64,000 nt of DNA from the human T2T-CHM13v2.0 reference genome, Homo sapiens. The stretch lies in NCBI RefSeq assembly GCF_009914755.1, contig NC_060925.1. The stretch is one strand, 5' to 3'. A model generated the notes under the pieces. That model had not been told where the DNA came from. It saw only the letters and a program-made list of their open reading frames with translations, and made no database searches. Positions within the stretch are counted from its first letter, which is position 1. Each line of letters begins with the position of its first letter. This document shows, piece by piece, positions 28,880-43,576 of the stretch. The translations under genes were made by a program, and so were the position numbers.

Positions 28880-29461
28880 CTGGTCGTTACTCTAATTCTC
28901 AGATTCTACTATTTTACAATCAACATTACACATTTAATACAATAGTATATTTCAAATTACATTATAATTTTACCACCTGCCTTATGATCAAACTTTATTT
29001 CTTAATTTCAGATATATATTTTCTGCATTTCCAAAAAATAGGAGATTTTTCTTACAGAATTCATAGAAGTCCTGTGGTTTTTTGGCTCATACTGAATTTT
29101 TAATTTTCTTCACTTTGATATCTTCAAGTTAGTAAGGAATAATCATCTGGCTCAATAATCATTGTAGTCTACAATTTTGACAAAATATGTTACACCAGCT
29201 ATTAGCTTGCTAAATATGTGTTATCAATAAATACTTAATTTTACTATTGTTTTCCATCCAATTACTTCTCATATCCTAGCTCTATGAAAATTAAAACCAT
29301 TACTCTCATAATCTAACCAAATCAGTAAACCAATTCCAAATTGCTATCTTTAGAGGTCTATTTCCACTTCTGTCATATGCTTTATATTTTGTCTCTTTCT
29401 TGATTAATTTTTCAAGAAAACAAAATGTTAAATACACATTTATTTCTCATACATTTAATCT

Positions 29462-30212
29462 CTTTTTTTGCTTTTATTTTAGGTTCAGAAGTACATGTGC
29501 AGGATGTTATATAGGTAAACTGCATGTCACAGTGTTTGGTTTACAGATAATTTCATCACCCAGGTAATAAGCATAGGATCCGCTATGTATTTTTTCTGAC
29601 ACTCTCTCCCTTCTCCCACCCTTCAACCTCAAGTAGCCCCCAGTGTGTCTTGTTCTCCTTCTAGTATCCATGTGCTCTTGTTGTTTAGCTCCCTCTTACA
29701 AGGGATAACATGCAGTATTTGGTTTTCTGTTCTTGGGTTAGTTTGCTAAGGATAGTGGCCTCCAGCTCTATCCATGTTGCTGCAAAGAACATAATCTCAT
29801 TCTTGTTATGGCTGCATAGTATTCTATGGTGTATATGTACCATATTTTCTTTATCCAGTCTACCATTGATGGGAATTTCAGTTGATTTCATGCATTTGTT
29901 GTCGTGAATAGTGCTGCAGTGAACGCATGTGTGCATGTGTCTTTATAATAGAATGATTTGTATTCCTTTGAGTATATACCCCAAAATGGGATTGCTGACT
30001 CAAATGGTAATTCTGTTGTAAGTTATTTGAGGAATTGGCACAATGCTTTCCACATGGCTGAACTAATTTACACTCCTACCAGCAGTGTAAAAGTGTATCT
30101 TTTTCTCCTCAGCCTTGCCAACATCTGTTATTTTTTGACGTTTTAATAATAGCCATTCTAAGTGGTGTGAGATGGAATTTCATTGTGGTTTTGATTTGCA
30201 TTTTCCTAATCT
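29462..30212 (-). mobile_element. L1PA13-15-like 3' end
   Basis: TTTCATCACCCAGGTAATAAGCATAG, CCTCAAGTAGCCCCCAGTGT; antisense ORF2 end (ATWIELEATILSKLTQEQKTKY). Confidence 0.9.
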
Positions 30213-31489
30213 CATGTATTTTATACCATTGGTGTATTTGTGTAGCTGTTCCTTTCATTATTCCCCCCAAAAATACATAAATGTGAAAACTTATGTGGTA
30301 ACCCCCCGAGGAAGACAGTGTCTGGGAATATCATATAATCCAGCATATTTGAAGACAATCCAATCTAGTTGGTTGAATTCTAGTTCAAAGTTATTCTTGT
30401 TAAATACATTGAAGTATTGTATCCACATATCAAATATTTTTATATAAAACTGATGACAGTGTTATTTATGTTTCTTTGTAGATAATCTCCTCTCTCTTTT
30501 TAGAAACCAGCATTTACAGCATATTTTTTGTTTGCTCAAATTTTAATCTGTATTTTGTTTGCTTTTTATTTATTTGTCTGTTTTTCTTTTGTGTTTTCAT
30601 TTTGGCACTCTGTGCATATTTTCAATATGGTTTTTAAAATATTTCCCTAATACTGGGTAAATATTTTCATTTATCTATCAAGACTTTTCTTCCAGAGCTC
30701 CTACAACCACAATTTTTAATATCTACTAATATATTAAGTATATTCCTTATCAATATTTTCTTTATTTTTCCTATCTTTCTCTATGTATCACTTTTTGCCT
30801 CCTCTCTTAGAATACTACTGTTTGATCTTTCAAGTAAGAAATTTATCTTTTATCATTATTTAAATTAGTTTTACAAAATTTTATTTTTCTCTTGATTATT
30901 TACTTACTTTTTACACTTGTTTGATATATCCAATATGGTTTTTTATCATCTTAGGTACATACATGCTTCAAAAAGTTGGAGCATTTTTATATTGATGTAT
31001 TAGATAATTGTTTTTTAAAAAAGTTTTTTAAATAGTTATAGTATTTAATGTCATGCCACCTTGGGAAATATCAGCACTGTTGCCTGAAATTGTAGAGGAA
31101 GAAACATTTGCAGGCAAGTCCTTTGCTGTGTCATTTCTAGTTTATGTAAAAATGAAAGGTCGATTGAAAAAAATTTTCCTATTATTTAAAGACAGCCCAC
31201 AAAAGTATTGCTATTTACTTCTATGTTCCATTACCTACAGGGAAACTCCATTATTAATGATTGGAGATGTATTTAATTCATGGGGATATTGACAGAATAG
31301 AAGATAAGAGAGTGCCCAGGGGCAGCTGGTTAGTCCACACCAATATGCAACTGTTTTGATATTGCACTATGGTTACATAGACCAGCTGTCACCGTCATTT
31401 CGGAAGAAAAAGAAGAAAGTGATGATTGATCCTAGGCAGCTGAGAGAAAAAAAAAGGCCAATGTAAGCTCTCTCCAATGTTCTATTTAA

Positions 31490-32400
31490 TGCATATTCAG
31501 TTAGATATGCATTTTAATGCTGATACGCATTTGTTTTTTTCCTGTAAGTTGCTTTTAAGAACATTGTTATATGCATCTCTTTGTATAAGAGTAATTATAG
31601 GGTATACCGCCTGGGAGTATAAATTTTGGGACATTATCAAGGGAATCTTCAACCTTACTAGGTATTGCCTAAGTATAATCCAAAAGTACTATAACATTTT
31701 TCTATTTATATGCTGACAGTATATGGGAGTCATTTTTGCTTTACGTTTCATTAGAAATTTCTATTGTCAGGCTTTTATTTAAAGTCAGTGTTGTAGGTAT
31801 GTAATGGTATCATGTAATGCTTTTAATTTAAACTTTCCTGATTATCATTGAGATTGATTATCCTTTTATCTGTTTTCTGACTATTGAGCTTATCTCTTCT
31901 GTGGACTTTCCGACAGCTCAAAATTTTTTCAATTGGGTTATTGATTTCTTTAAATTTATGTGTATATATTTAATATATATCTTTGGAACTAATATTTTTG
32001 GTTACATACATTGAAAATATTTTTGTAGTCTTTCTAAAGTATTTTTTCTATAATTTTTTTTCACAAAATATTTTAAATTATAATATAGCCATATTTATTA
32101 ATTGTCCTTTATATAATTTTGAAAACTTTTCTGATTTTTCTAGTCATTCTTTCCTCTACATAGATCATAACTATATTATCTTATAACTTGTAAAAGCTTA
32201 AAGTGAAGATTTTTATTTTTAGCAATTTAATTCACTTTAATGTATAATTGTCTTCCTTGTTTATCAGGAATATAATTTTTTGAAAGGTTGTAATTCAGTG
32301 TCTCCCATGTCTCTACTGATTAATGTGTCCTTTATCATAAATTATACTTCTGTTTTTGCATTAGTGTCTTTCCACTCTTTTCATTTGCCTTTAATGTTTT
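31490..32400 (-). mobile_element. Ancient L1ME-type ORF2 remnant
   Basis: TCTTCAACCTTACTAGGTATTGCC, TAATGGTATCATGTAATGCTTTTAATT..TTTCCTGATTA. Confidence 0.6.
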
Positions 32401-34064
32401 CTTTATAATTTCCCATAATTTCCCCACTTCTTTTTTCCATTGTTTTAATTCAGAAGTTATGGAGAACCAACCTAGTAAAGTTTTAATAAGCTTAATCTAT
32501 TGGTTAATAAATAGCTATAAAATAATTTATGAATAAAACTTATCTAGGATTTATTGTTATACTGTTTTCTTAACTTTGCAATATTTTTATATAAATTAAT
32601 TTTGAAGCATATTTAGAAAGTTAACAATTTACCATTACTTTCAGGAACCACACTACTACCACTCTATTACATCTAGATGTCTGCTGTAGCATAATTTATA
32701 TTCTCACTTCACTTTTCAGAGTGGTCTCCTCTTCACAATTTTGTGTGTATCATACCCTTGATATTTTAAAGTACTTTATTTTCTTATCAAAACATTTATA
32801 AACACTATATCATCCCTTCCATTAATTGACTTCTTGTTTTTTGAGTTTTGTGTTTACTTTCCTTCAGTGACTATATTTTTTACTACCAGAATTTCTACAT
32901 ATTTTAGAATTTGCACTTATATTAATGTTCGGTTTCACCATATGTTGTTTCATAATTTATTGCCCTTAAAAATAAAGTTTGGCTTTCAGTTGTAACTTTG
33001 AATATCTTTATCACAGTTATTTAAAGCCTTTAAAAAGCTTTAATCTTATATACTTATATCACTGAATTATCACTTTCATACTTTATACTATTTCTATTAC
33101 ATGTGTTTCATTGCTTTCCTCTTAATGAGAAAAGTAACAGCAAGTCAGATAAAAACATTTTACTTTTGAGTAAAGCATAATAGGAGCCAGAAAAGTGGTG
33201 ACTCTCTCACTTTGGCCCATAACAACACCATTGAAAATTTAAATAAGAAGAAACTATTCTTGACAATCAAGCTTTTTGGTACCATTTGTGTTCATTTTAT
33301 AATTGCATTCAATTACTCATGAATTCTGAAGTATTTGTTTATTAATAAGTATTATCTAGTTTAAATGCCTTATCTTAGAAATTAGAAAAACAAGGAGCAT
33401 ATTTGTGATATATATTTGCAAGCTTTTGTAGCAAATGGAAATTTATTACTAAATCTCACTAAATAAAGATTTATAAGTAAAGTGGTACAATTTGTTGCAT
33501 TAAACATTGTAAATACACTGTAAAATGTCTGTACTAGCATTTTTAATTTATAGTCCAATATTAAATAAATTTGGTTTTTTTTTTTAGTTTTTAAAACCTG
33601 GTTATTGCTCACAAAATATTGTACACTGTATTGGATTACTTTTATTAGATACCTCAATTTTGAGAAAACATAATTCGGTAAAAACTAGATACATAATGGC
33701 TGCTTCAATGTCCTATTTTACTATGGCACTTAAATGACTCTGGTAGGAAAATATACTTTATCAAAATGATGGTTTGATGATACATAAATTCCTTCACTCT
33801 TTGACTGCAATGTCAGTTTTGCTGACTTTGCTGTTAACATAATTCTTCATTAGTTACAATAATGCTTGGCCTACGCAAAACAAATTACATATTCAGCTAC
33901 CTCACCATTATGAACTAATGTCAGTCATGAAATCTGAATAGCAACTTTTAACCTTATCAGGCAAATTAAATAGGATAAGGATGTGTAGCCAAAGTATCGA
34001 GCAGTGAAGAACAATGTATTATATTTTGATTGGGCTATGTGACTTTAAAAAGAAACGATTTTTT

Positions 34065-34357
34065 TTTTTTTGAGACAGAGTCTCACTCTGTCCCCCAGGC
34101 CGGAGTGCAGTGGCGTGATCTCAGCTCACTGCAAGCTCTGTCTCCCGGGTTCACGTCATTCTCCTGCTCAGCCTCCCCAGTAGCTGGGACTATAGGCGCC
34201 TGACACCACACCCGGCTAATTTTTTTTTTTTGTATTTTTAGTAGAGACAGAGTTTCACCGTGTTAGCCAGGATGGTCTGGATCTCCTAACCTCGTGATCC
34301 GCCCACCTCGACCTCCCAAATTGCTAGGATTACAGGCGTGAGCCACCGCACCCGGCC
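34065..34357 (-). mobile_element. AluY
   Basis: GCAAGCTC, GGTTCACG, CCGTGTTAGCCAGGATGG diagnostics; TSD AGAAACGATTTTTT at 34051-34064 and 34358-34371. Confidence 0.96.
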
Positions 34358-34421
34358 AGAAACGATTTTTTAAATTCCATAAAATAGTTATTTTCTACGT
34401 TATAAAAATGTTCTTTATTGA

Positions 34422-34748
<327 letters not shown>

Positions 34749-35589
34749 TGGACTTTTTACATATATCAGAATAATAAATATGGGTAAGACTTCCACTTAA
34801 AGGTAGCAGATTAAACACACTGACTTATTTCCACCTAACTCAAATTCTAATGTAATGAATATAATTTTTAAAATGCATAATCACTTAATAAAATGCAAGG
34901 GGCGACATGTAAAAATAACAAAAATAACAACAACAAAAAGGATCCCAGATGGAAACCAGAACTAGTGACTATTAATAGCACATTATGTGTGTTGTAAGTG
35001 GGAAAGTTTCCATATTTTACCATACTTTTTATAAGAATGAGATATCTTTTCCTAAAAACTTATGTTTTTCCCCCCCATTCTTTACCGTTTCCTGGAGAGT
35101 TCGCACGGGTTACCTTTTCTTAAGTGTGTGGCTAATTTACCAATCAATATTACTAAACTCTGAGCACTTATCTTTCCTTCTCTATCTGGCTAAGTGTGAG
35201 GCATTAACCCAGATCTACAACACTGGATAGACTTTTATAAGGTCTATATGGGCACAGAAGCCCCCTCATTTGTTTGGACTGTCATAATAAATATACACCA
35301 ACTAGCTTCTGTAGAGTGATAGAATTGATGTTTCGTTCTTCTACTTGGTGACACTTTTGTCTTATTTCAATTGATTGAAAGCCTGGTTTATCAACAGAAT
35401 TGTTACAATTTCTCACCAATTACTTTATTTGTATTATAAACATAGATTTAATTATACTTAAAAAGTTACCTTTACGTGTTTTCTATATTGACTCCTTAGT
35501 CCTGTGCTGTTTCTCTTTTATATTTTCGCTTGTAATAATAATAAAGTAATAATAATATTAATATTAATTTCAGAGCTTGTTGGATGTAC

Positions 35590-35775
35590 CATTTTAAATA
35601 TTTTATATACATATATAATTTATTCTTTACAACAATTCTATGAAACAGATATTGTTATTACTCTCATTATGCAGACAAGTTACAGAAAATTTAATCATTT
35701 CTGAATCACAGAGCTATTAAATGGTAGAGTAGGGGTTCAAAGTCAAGCAATCTAATTCCAGAGTTCACACTTTAA
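35590..35775 (-). mobile_element. MIR
   Basis: CAACAATTCTATGA..TCACAGAGCTATTAAATGGTAGAG..GGGTTCAAA..TCCAGAGTTCACAC. Confidence 0.75.
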
Positions 35776-36489
35776 AAAATTCTTCCATATCACAAATAGA
35801 GTTTTTACTAGTTTCTTCATTAAAATAACATACAAAACAAAATAAAACAAATGTTCTTTGGTTCTTAAAATAAGAATATGGTCTGAAACAACATATTGAA
35901 AGTTAAATATATATCTATTTTTTCCAGTTACAGATGTTGTACTTTGTATTAAATGTCAAGAATCAGAGTTAAACGCTTCTCACAGTATCAAGCAAGTACA
36001 GGAAAGAGTATTAAATGTCAAATAATTCATGGAAAGTGTTTGCTTTATATTTTATTAATGGTGTTTATGTACAGATAATATCTGTACATAATATCTACTG
36101 TAGATAATATCTACTTTTGTGCAAATATATTTAGAAAAGTAAACCATGGATTTGAAGTCAATCAATAGTGCATTATTAACATAAATGCAAATTTACTAAA
36201 CTACTGAACTACCTAATAATTATCAGTGAGTTTAAGAGAAAAATGGCAAGATAATTCTTTTTTGGAATTAATGTACCAATGAGAATTTATAAACTAGAAT
36301 TTTGCTTCTGACTATGATGAAATAAAACGTCCAGACATAACTCCCACTATACAGTTTCTGAGATTAAACACAGTTAATCACACATAAAATCAAAAAGTCA
36401 ACCTATTGATTAATAATAACTACATTAATTATCAACAGTTATCGATAACTACAGTATTATCAACAGAATCTATTAAACTGGAATAAAAT

Positions 36490-36814
<325 letters not shown>

Positions 36815-37485
36815 TCAATTTTATGAGAAAAAATGAATTACAACCTGTAACACTATACAAGCTAAAATAGATTTTAAATATTGGAATAGGAAACATCTTT
36901 TTAAAACACATAAAGCCTAAAATAGTGTACCTCTTTTTGCATTTTTCCAGAAAGATAGTTAAGATTGTGCTCTCATAAAGCCGGTAGTAAAGTATGGAAA
37001 ATAAAGGCATAGCATGTTGTTAACAGGGCACCAGAAACAGGAGATTTAAAAGTTCCCAAGATCACAGTGAATGGAAATCTAACAACCTATGCAGAGGTTT
37101 GGGAATGCAGCTAACCTATGCTAGAGGAGCAAGAAGGAGGAATGTATCCAGTAGATGAAATAATAAATTAAATGAAGCTGGTATGTGTGACAACATATGA
37201 AAGAGTATTTAGTATTATTTGAATGTTTAGGGAAGAATTACTAGGTACATTGCAAAAAGAAGGAAAGGCAACCTTTAACTCAAAACAAGCAACTATTAAA
37301 AGGAAGATTTCTGGTGAAAAACATGGATAAGCAGTACAATTTACAAAGTCAAAACACTGTGGTAACTCTGTGATAAATATCCTGGGAGCTTAGGCAAGAT
37401 GGAATTTTTTAGAAGGATACTCAGATATGGTGAAAGGAAGTTCACACAAATTGTCTGACATTCTCAGTGTTATAAAAGCAAGAAA

Positions 37486-37632
37486 GCCCAGGCAAAGTGG
37501 CTCATGCCTGTAATCCCACCACATTGGGAGGCCAAGGTGGGAGGACTGCTTGAAGCCAGGAGTCTGAATCTAGCTTGGGCAACATAGTAATATTCTATCT
37601 CAATAAAGTATAAAAATTAAAAATAAAAATAA
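37486..37632 (+). mobile_element. FLAM (free left Alu monomer)
   Basis: Single monomer plus A-rich tail; TSD-like AAAAGCAA on both sides. Confidence 0.88.
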
Positions 37633-38508
37633 AAAGCAATATAAGCATATAACTTAGGAATATAGATAATTATCAAAAGAAAATGCTAAAATATTGAAAG
37701 TCCTGTTTTATGGGTAAAGAGGCATGATGATGCCGCTTGTCTTTATCACTCGGTAGTAATATTTGACTCAAATATGTCAGACATATTGGATTTTTTAAAA
37801 TAAAAAAAGAAAGTTCACAAATTTGAAGATTAATAAAATGATGTGAAACTGATATGCTATGATCACATTAGTCCAAGTATAATATTATTGGCCAGTATTC
37901 AAAATATTGTTATGGTTTAAGTAAGAGAAGTTGCAGAAAATATTGGAATAAAAGAGAAGTTTGGAAGTTGTGAAAGAAAAGAAAATCATGTTTTATGTGT
38001 GTGTGATGGGCAAAATTAAGGTTTTGGGTTTTATACTTGTATCCATGAGAAAAGCAAGTTACACATTTTCTAATGAGAATTCTATTAAACATGCTATTGA
38101 GCTACTGAAATTTACTTCTGCAATTGAAGAGACAAACTCATTTAGCATTAAATTAAAACTTTTTTCTGATTATAAAATCAATGTAGGACTTATAATCAAT
38201 ATCTTCTGAAATTAAATTTTATAATTCAAGAGTTTATGTAAGTTATGAGAAGGTATCCTAAGAATAAGTACAAGTTTAGTTTGGTTTAAGGAAATATAGG
38301 AATGAATAAAAATCTGTATTACTCACAACATAGTGAATAAGCTCTGATAATATATCAGATTTGCATTATAAAGTTACGCTTTAATAGTTTTCATTTACTG
38401 CTTGAGCTGAGCACTGTGCATCATTAGATTTCTCATAGTAAATGGACTTATGTTAGTGTCAAGGAGATTTCCATATATAACTAAAATGTTAAAAATGTAA
38501 ACAAACCT

Positions 38509-38809
38509 GGCCGGGCTCACGCGTGTAATCCCAGTACTTTGGGAGGCCGAGGCGGGCAGATCACGAGGTCAGGATATTGAGACCATCCAGGCTAACACGG
38601 TGAAACCCCGTCTCTACTAAAAATACAAAAAATGAGCTGGGCGTGGTGGCGGGCGCCTGTAGTCCCAGCTACTCAGGAGGCTGAAGCAGGAGAATGGCGT
38701 GAACTCGGGAGGCGGAGCTTGCAGTGAGCCGAGATAGCGCCACTGCACTCCAGCCTGGGCGACAGAGGGAGACTCTGCCTCAAAAAAAAAAAAAAAAAGA
38801 AAAAAAAGG
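38509..38809 (+). mobile_element. AluY with 8-bp head deletion
   Basis: GGCTAACACGGTG, GAATGGCGTGAAC, GGAGCTTGCAG; TSD AAACAAACCT at 38499-38508 and 38810-38819. Confidence 0.96.
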
Positions 38810-39809
38810 AAACAAACCTAAATACAATATACGTTGATTTTTTTTCTGAGAAATGTAAACAATACCAGAATTTGTACACTTATATTTTTACTAGTATTAT
38901 TTGATTGAAAGTATTTCGATTTACTTACAAAGACATGAAAATAACTGAGATAATCTTTCATCTGTTATGCCACCCATGAATAGAATTAGACAAATATGAA
39001 GATTTTGGAAAAGTCAATAATATCAAATCAAAGGAAGTTTGTTGGTAAATTATACATGAAATTGCTAGATGACAGAAAACTAAAATTATTGCTTTATTTC
39101 ATGTATTTTATATCATATTTCTAGGATTTCTGGAATTACTCATTTATAATGCAGAGGCAGTTTCTGCAGAGACTTCTAATGGTACTAATGTCTGTCAAAT
39201 ACATGAGAAAATTCTGATCATTGTGATAAGCCTCACAAAATATATATTTAAACAAAAAGAATCAAGCACTCAGGAAAAATAAACTTTCATTAAGGCAATG
39301 CGATTATTGAGAATTGATAGGCTAAGCTTTAACCTTTTGCCTTGTTACTTTGCCAAAAGCTTGGATATTAATGAAACCAAGCATAAAAGGTGAATGGAGA
39401 ACAGCCAGAGAATTTATTAGCTCTTCAATTGAGGCATCAGTCTGTTCAAAGGCTAATTAGACCAATCTGTGAATGTATCAATCCCATAATTACTCAGACT
39501 AATTATATTAATCATCTAAAATATGTTCATGAGAAACTGCTAATGTATAACCTTGTGGTTTTGACATGATCTTAGCTCAATTAGGACATGGTGTCCATGT
39601 ATGATTTACTAACTGTGGCTTTTGATAAGTAGACAGAATAAGATTTTAAAAAACCGATATAGATTAAATAGCAGATATACAACTGAAATTGAGTTAGTTA
39701 ATATAATTTAAAATATTTTCAGTTATCAGGAACTTGGTCAAAATTGAGAATATTTGACAAACCTTTGGAGACATTAAATGTAAAGATCACTCAATATTTT
39801 TCTTCAGGA

Positions 39810-39953
39810 TTTTATTTATTTTATTTTATTTATTTTTGTGAGTACATAGTACAGGGTGTATGGGATTCACAAAATACTTTGATACTGGCATGCAATGCAT
39901 AATAATCACATTGGAGTAAATGGGGTAGCTATCACCTCAATTATTTATCCTTT
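39810..39953 (-). mobile_element. L1MA2/3-like extreme 3' end
   Basis: TTTTGTGAGTACATAGTA..GGCATGCAATGCATAATAATCACAT..AATGGGGTA. Confidence 0.8.
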
Positions 39954-40064
39954 TCTTCTTTGTGAATTACTTTGTGTTTTTGTGTGTGTTCATATGTGCA
40001 TGTATACCTGGGCAATCTATGTATGTGGATAGTTACTATTAGCAGAAACATATACTAAACTCAG

Positions 40065-40220
40065 ATTAATTCAGCAAATTTATTGAAATATCTACTATAC
40101 GCTAGGCATTAATGTTAGATGTTGTTAAGCTATAAGTAATAAAGAACCATCCTTTGCACTCTAGGAGCATCAAGTTTGCTTGAGGACAGGAACAGATAAA
40201 TATGTAATAATGATTACATG
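40065..40220 (-). mobile_element. L2 3' end
   Basis: TTCAGCAAATTTATTGAAATATCTACTATACGCTAGGCATT. Confidence 0.7.
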
Positions 40221-41594
40221 TAAAAAGATTTACATATTTTATTTCTCCTTACATCGATAAGACATTATGTGTTAATGTCAAACGACTACTCATCATTGGG
40301 CTGAAGCTTCCTGTCTACAGGCAGACATTCAGGAAGGGAAGATCATAAGCAAATTGAACCCCATGGGCACTAGCTGAAGCTGTTTGCCACTTCAGCCATA
40401 TAAGCCAGCAAACCTAATGGTACTTTAGGTATCATTGCCATATAGCACCATTGTTTGGAGCCATTGGCAGATTTCCTATAGATACATTGCATCTCAGACC
40501 CTCAGGGTTTTGGAGTAAAGCCCAATCATCGTATGGAGATAAGTAGGCTCCTTTTGAGAGTTAACTTATGGCATGCTACTGGGCCTCAGTAAAAACCTAA
40601 TGCTTAATTATAGGTCATCAAGCTATCCTGCAATCTAAACTGCGCGTCATGAAGTGGGATTTTTCTGACCCACCAAGGCACAGAGTTGAACATACATTAC
40701 AGCAGTCTATTATCAAATAGAAGAGGTATGTATGAGATGGGGTTTGAGCAGAAACTGAAGGAAAAAATGTAAGCTATATGAGGCCATGGTCCAAATGTCC
40801 ATAGCTCCTATTATTAATGCATTATCTCCTTTCTCTCAGCTTGAACTTATGGCACCGTGGTAACATCCTTATAATAAATTGACAGAGAAACAGCAACAAC
40901 AAAAAACTTCAGCCAAATCTATAGAAAATTCTGCATAATATACAGGCACCACACCAAATATGACAGCTGCAGCACTACAGCCCCTTGTCACCACATCTCT
41001 GAAGGACAATGATGAAGAAAAATTATCCAAGTGTTCAGAACTTAAGTAAGCACAACTTCTATGTTCATTGTCATCTAGAAGGAGAAATAGCCAAATGGCC
41101 AAGTTTATATCAATTCATGGGATGTGGCCAATAGTTCGGCTGAATACCCAGGGACTTGAAAAGCACACAGAATGTCGGTGAAAAAAATGGTTTTGGGGAA
41201 GATATGTAGATAGATCTCTTTGAATGGACTCAGGATATGAATATATTTGTGTTCCTTGTGAATTATCACAAGAAGATGATTTAAGAAGAGGTGGGTTTTA
41301 ATAATCAAGTGGATGCGATGAACCATTCTGTGGATATTAGTCAGCATCTTTCAACCATTTCTGTCATTGCCCATTGATTCATGAACAAAGTGGCAATGGT
41401 AGTAAAGCTGGAAGCTCAGCACGGCTTAGTAAAATTGACTTCCAAGGCTGACCTAGCCACTTGTCAAGGCTGACCTAGCAGTAGCCTCTGTTGAATGTCC
41501 AATAATCCAACAAGAGAGACTGACGGTGAGTCCTGTTGTAATACAATCCCTGGAGTGATTAGACAAATATCGGATGGCAGGTTGATTACATTAG

Positions 41595-41930
<336 letters not shown>

Positions 41931-42193
41931 AGAATTTTGTTTTTATTGGAATAAACACTTACTCTAGAAATCAATTCTGCCCAAACTCCCATGACTGTCA
42001 TACCCAATGTCATGATATTTCACAAAGTACTGCTTCTGACCAAGTAAATCACTTCACAAGAAATGGAGGGTGACAATGGGCCCATGGTCATGGAATTTGT
42101 TATTCTTATTGTGCTTCTCACCATCCTGAAACACCTAGTTTGCCAGAATAGTGAAACAGCTTTTTGAAGTCTCAGTTACGAAATCAGCGAGCT

Positions 42194-42560
42194 CAGGGGT
42201 TCCTAATCCCTGGGCTACGGTCCGGTAACAGTCCATGGCCTGTTAGGAAATGGGCAGCACAGCAGGAGGTGAACAGTGGGTGAGCAAGCATTACCTCCTA
42301 AGCTCTGCCTCCTGTCAGATCAGCTCCAGCAGTGGATTCTCATAGGAGCACAAACCCTATTGTGAACTGTGCATGAGAGGGATCTAGGTTGCAAACTCCT
42401 TATGACAATCTAACTAACATCCTGATGATCTCAGGTGGAACAGTTTTATCCTGAAACCATTCCTCCCTGCTGCATCCCCCCATCAGCCCTCCACTCTCCC
42501 AACACTGCCTGTGGAAACATTGTCCAGGAAACTGGTCCCTGGGGGCAAAAATGTTGGGCA
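42194..42560 (+). mobile_element. MER1B-like hAT-Charlie element, inserted in ERVL
   Basis: CAGGGGTTCCTAATCCC..GGCCTGTTAGGAA..CTCCTGTCAGATCAGC..GATTCTCATAGGAGC..AACTGGTCCCTGG. Confidence 0.9.
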
Positions 42561-43576
42561 TAGTTAAAGTACATGGCAAAATCTTTTGTGGCTTGGGCAG
42601 TATCTTCCAGTAAGCAGTAAATTCTCTAAATTATCATCCAATATAAGAGCTTTTTCTCCCACAGCAAAGATTCATGGGACCAGGAATAAAGAGTTGAAAA
42701 TGGGAGTGGCTCCTCTCACTATTATTGCTAGTATTTCACCAGCAAAAATTTGCTTCCTGTCCATGTGATTTTAGGCTCTACTGATTAGAGGACTTAGTTG
42801 GAAGAATGATTCTGTTTGATTAAAAATTGTGACTGAAACCTGGTCCTTTTGGTCTCCACATCCCTCTGAATAGACAAGTAAAGAGTGTACTATACTGGCT
42901 GGGGTGATTAATACATATTTCTAAGGAGAAATTGGGTTTTTTACTATGCATCTGAGATACGTAACAGAATGTCTGGAATACAAAAGATCTGTTGTGGTAT
43001 CTGCTATTACTACCCTGTCCTGTGATTAAAATCAATGGAAACTCTAAAACATATTCAGGACTGCCAGTAATCCAGATCTTTCAAGAATGAAGGTTTGAAT
43101 AGCTTAATCAGGCAGAGAACAGCATGCTGAGATGCTTACTAATGGGAAGTAAGATATTAAATGTGTTACAGGGAAAAAAAAGCAATAAATAACAACTATG
43201 ACCATGTAACCCATTGTAGAATGCATAGTACAATAATTATGATTATTTATTCTTTATTTTAATATAAATGTGTGTGTAATTAGTTCTGTGTATTTCCATT
43301 TACATATGTGTGGTTAAATACTTTTTGGATCTATTATCTAATATAAAATGTGTTATTAACGATTGACATTATATATTAGTGTTTGAACTATAGTGTATTA
43401 AAATAAAATGCTTTGTATGTTTTTATTTCTATGAGAAAGGTGTTCAGGTGTTTTAGGTTTTAAATGGGGTAGTTGTGTGGTGCTTACAGAAGTAAGACTT
43501 TATTATTGTCTTTATTTAGAAATTAAGTATGCTTTAAGGTGATGTGCGTGAATGCCAATTTGCCACAATGTGGAAT

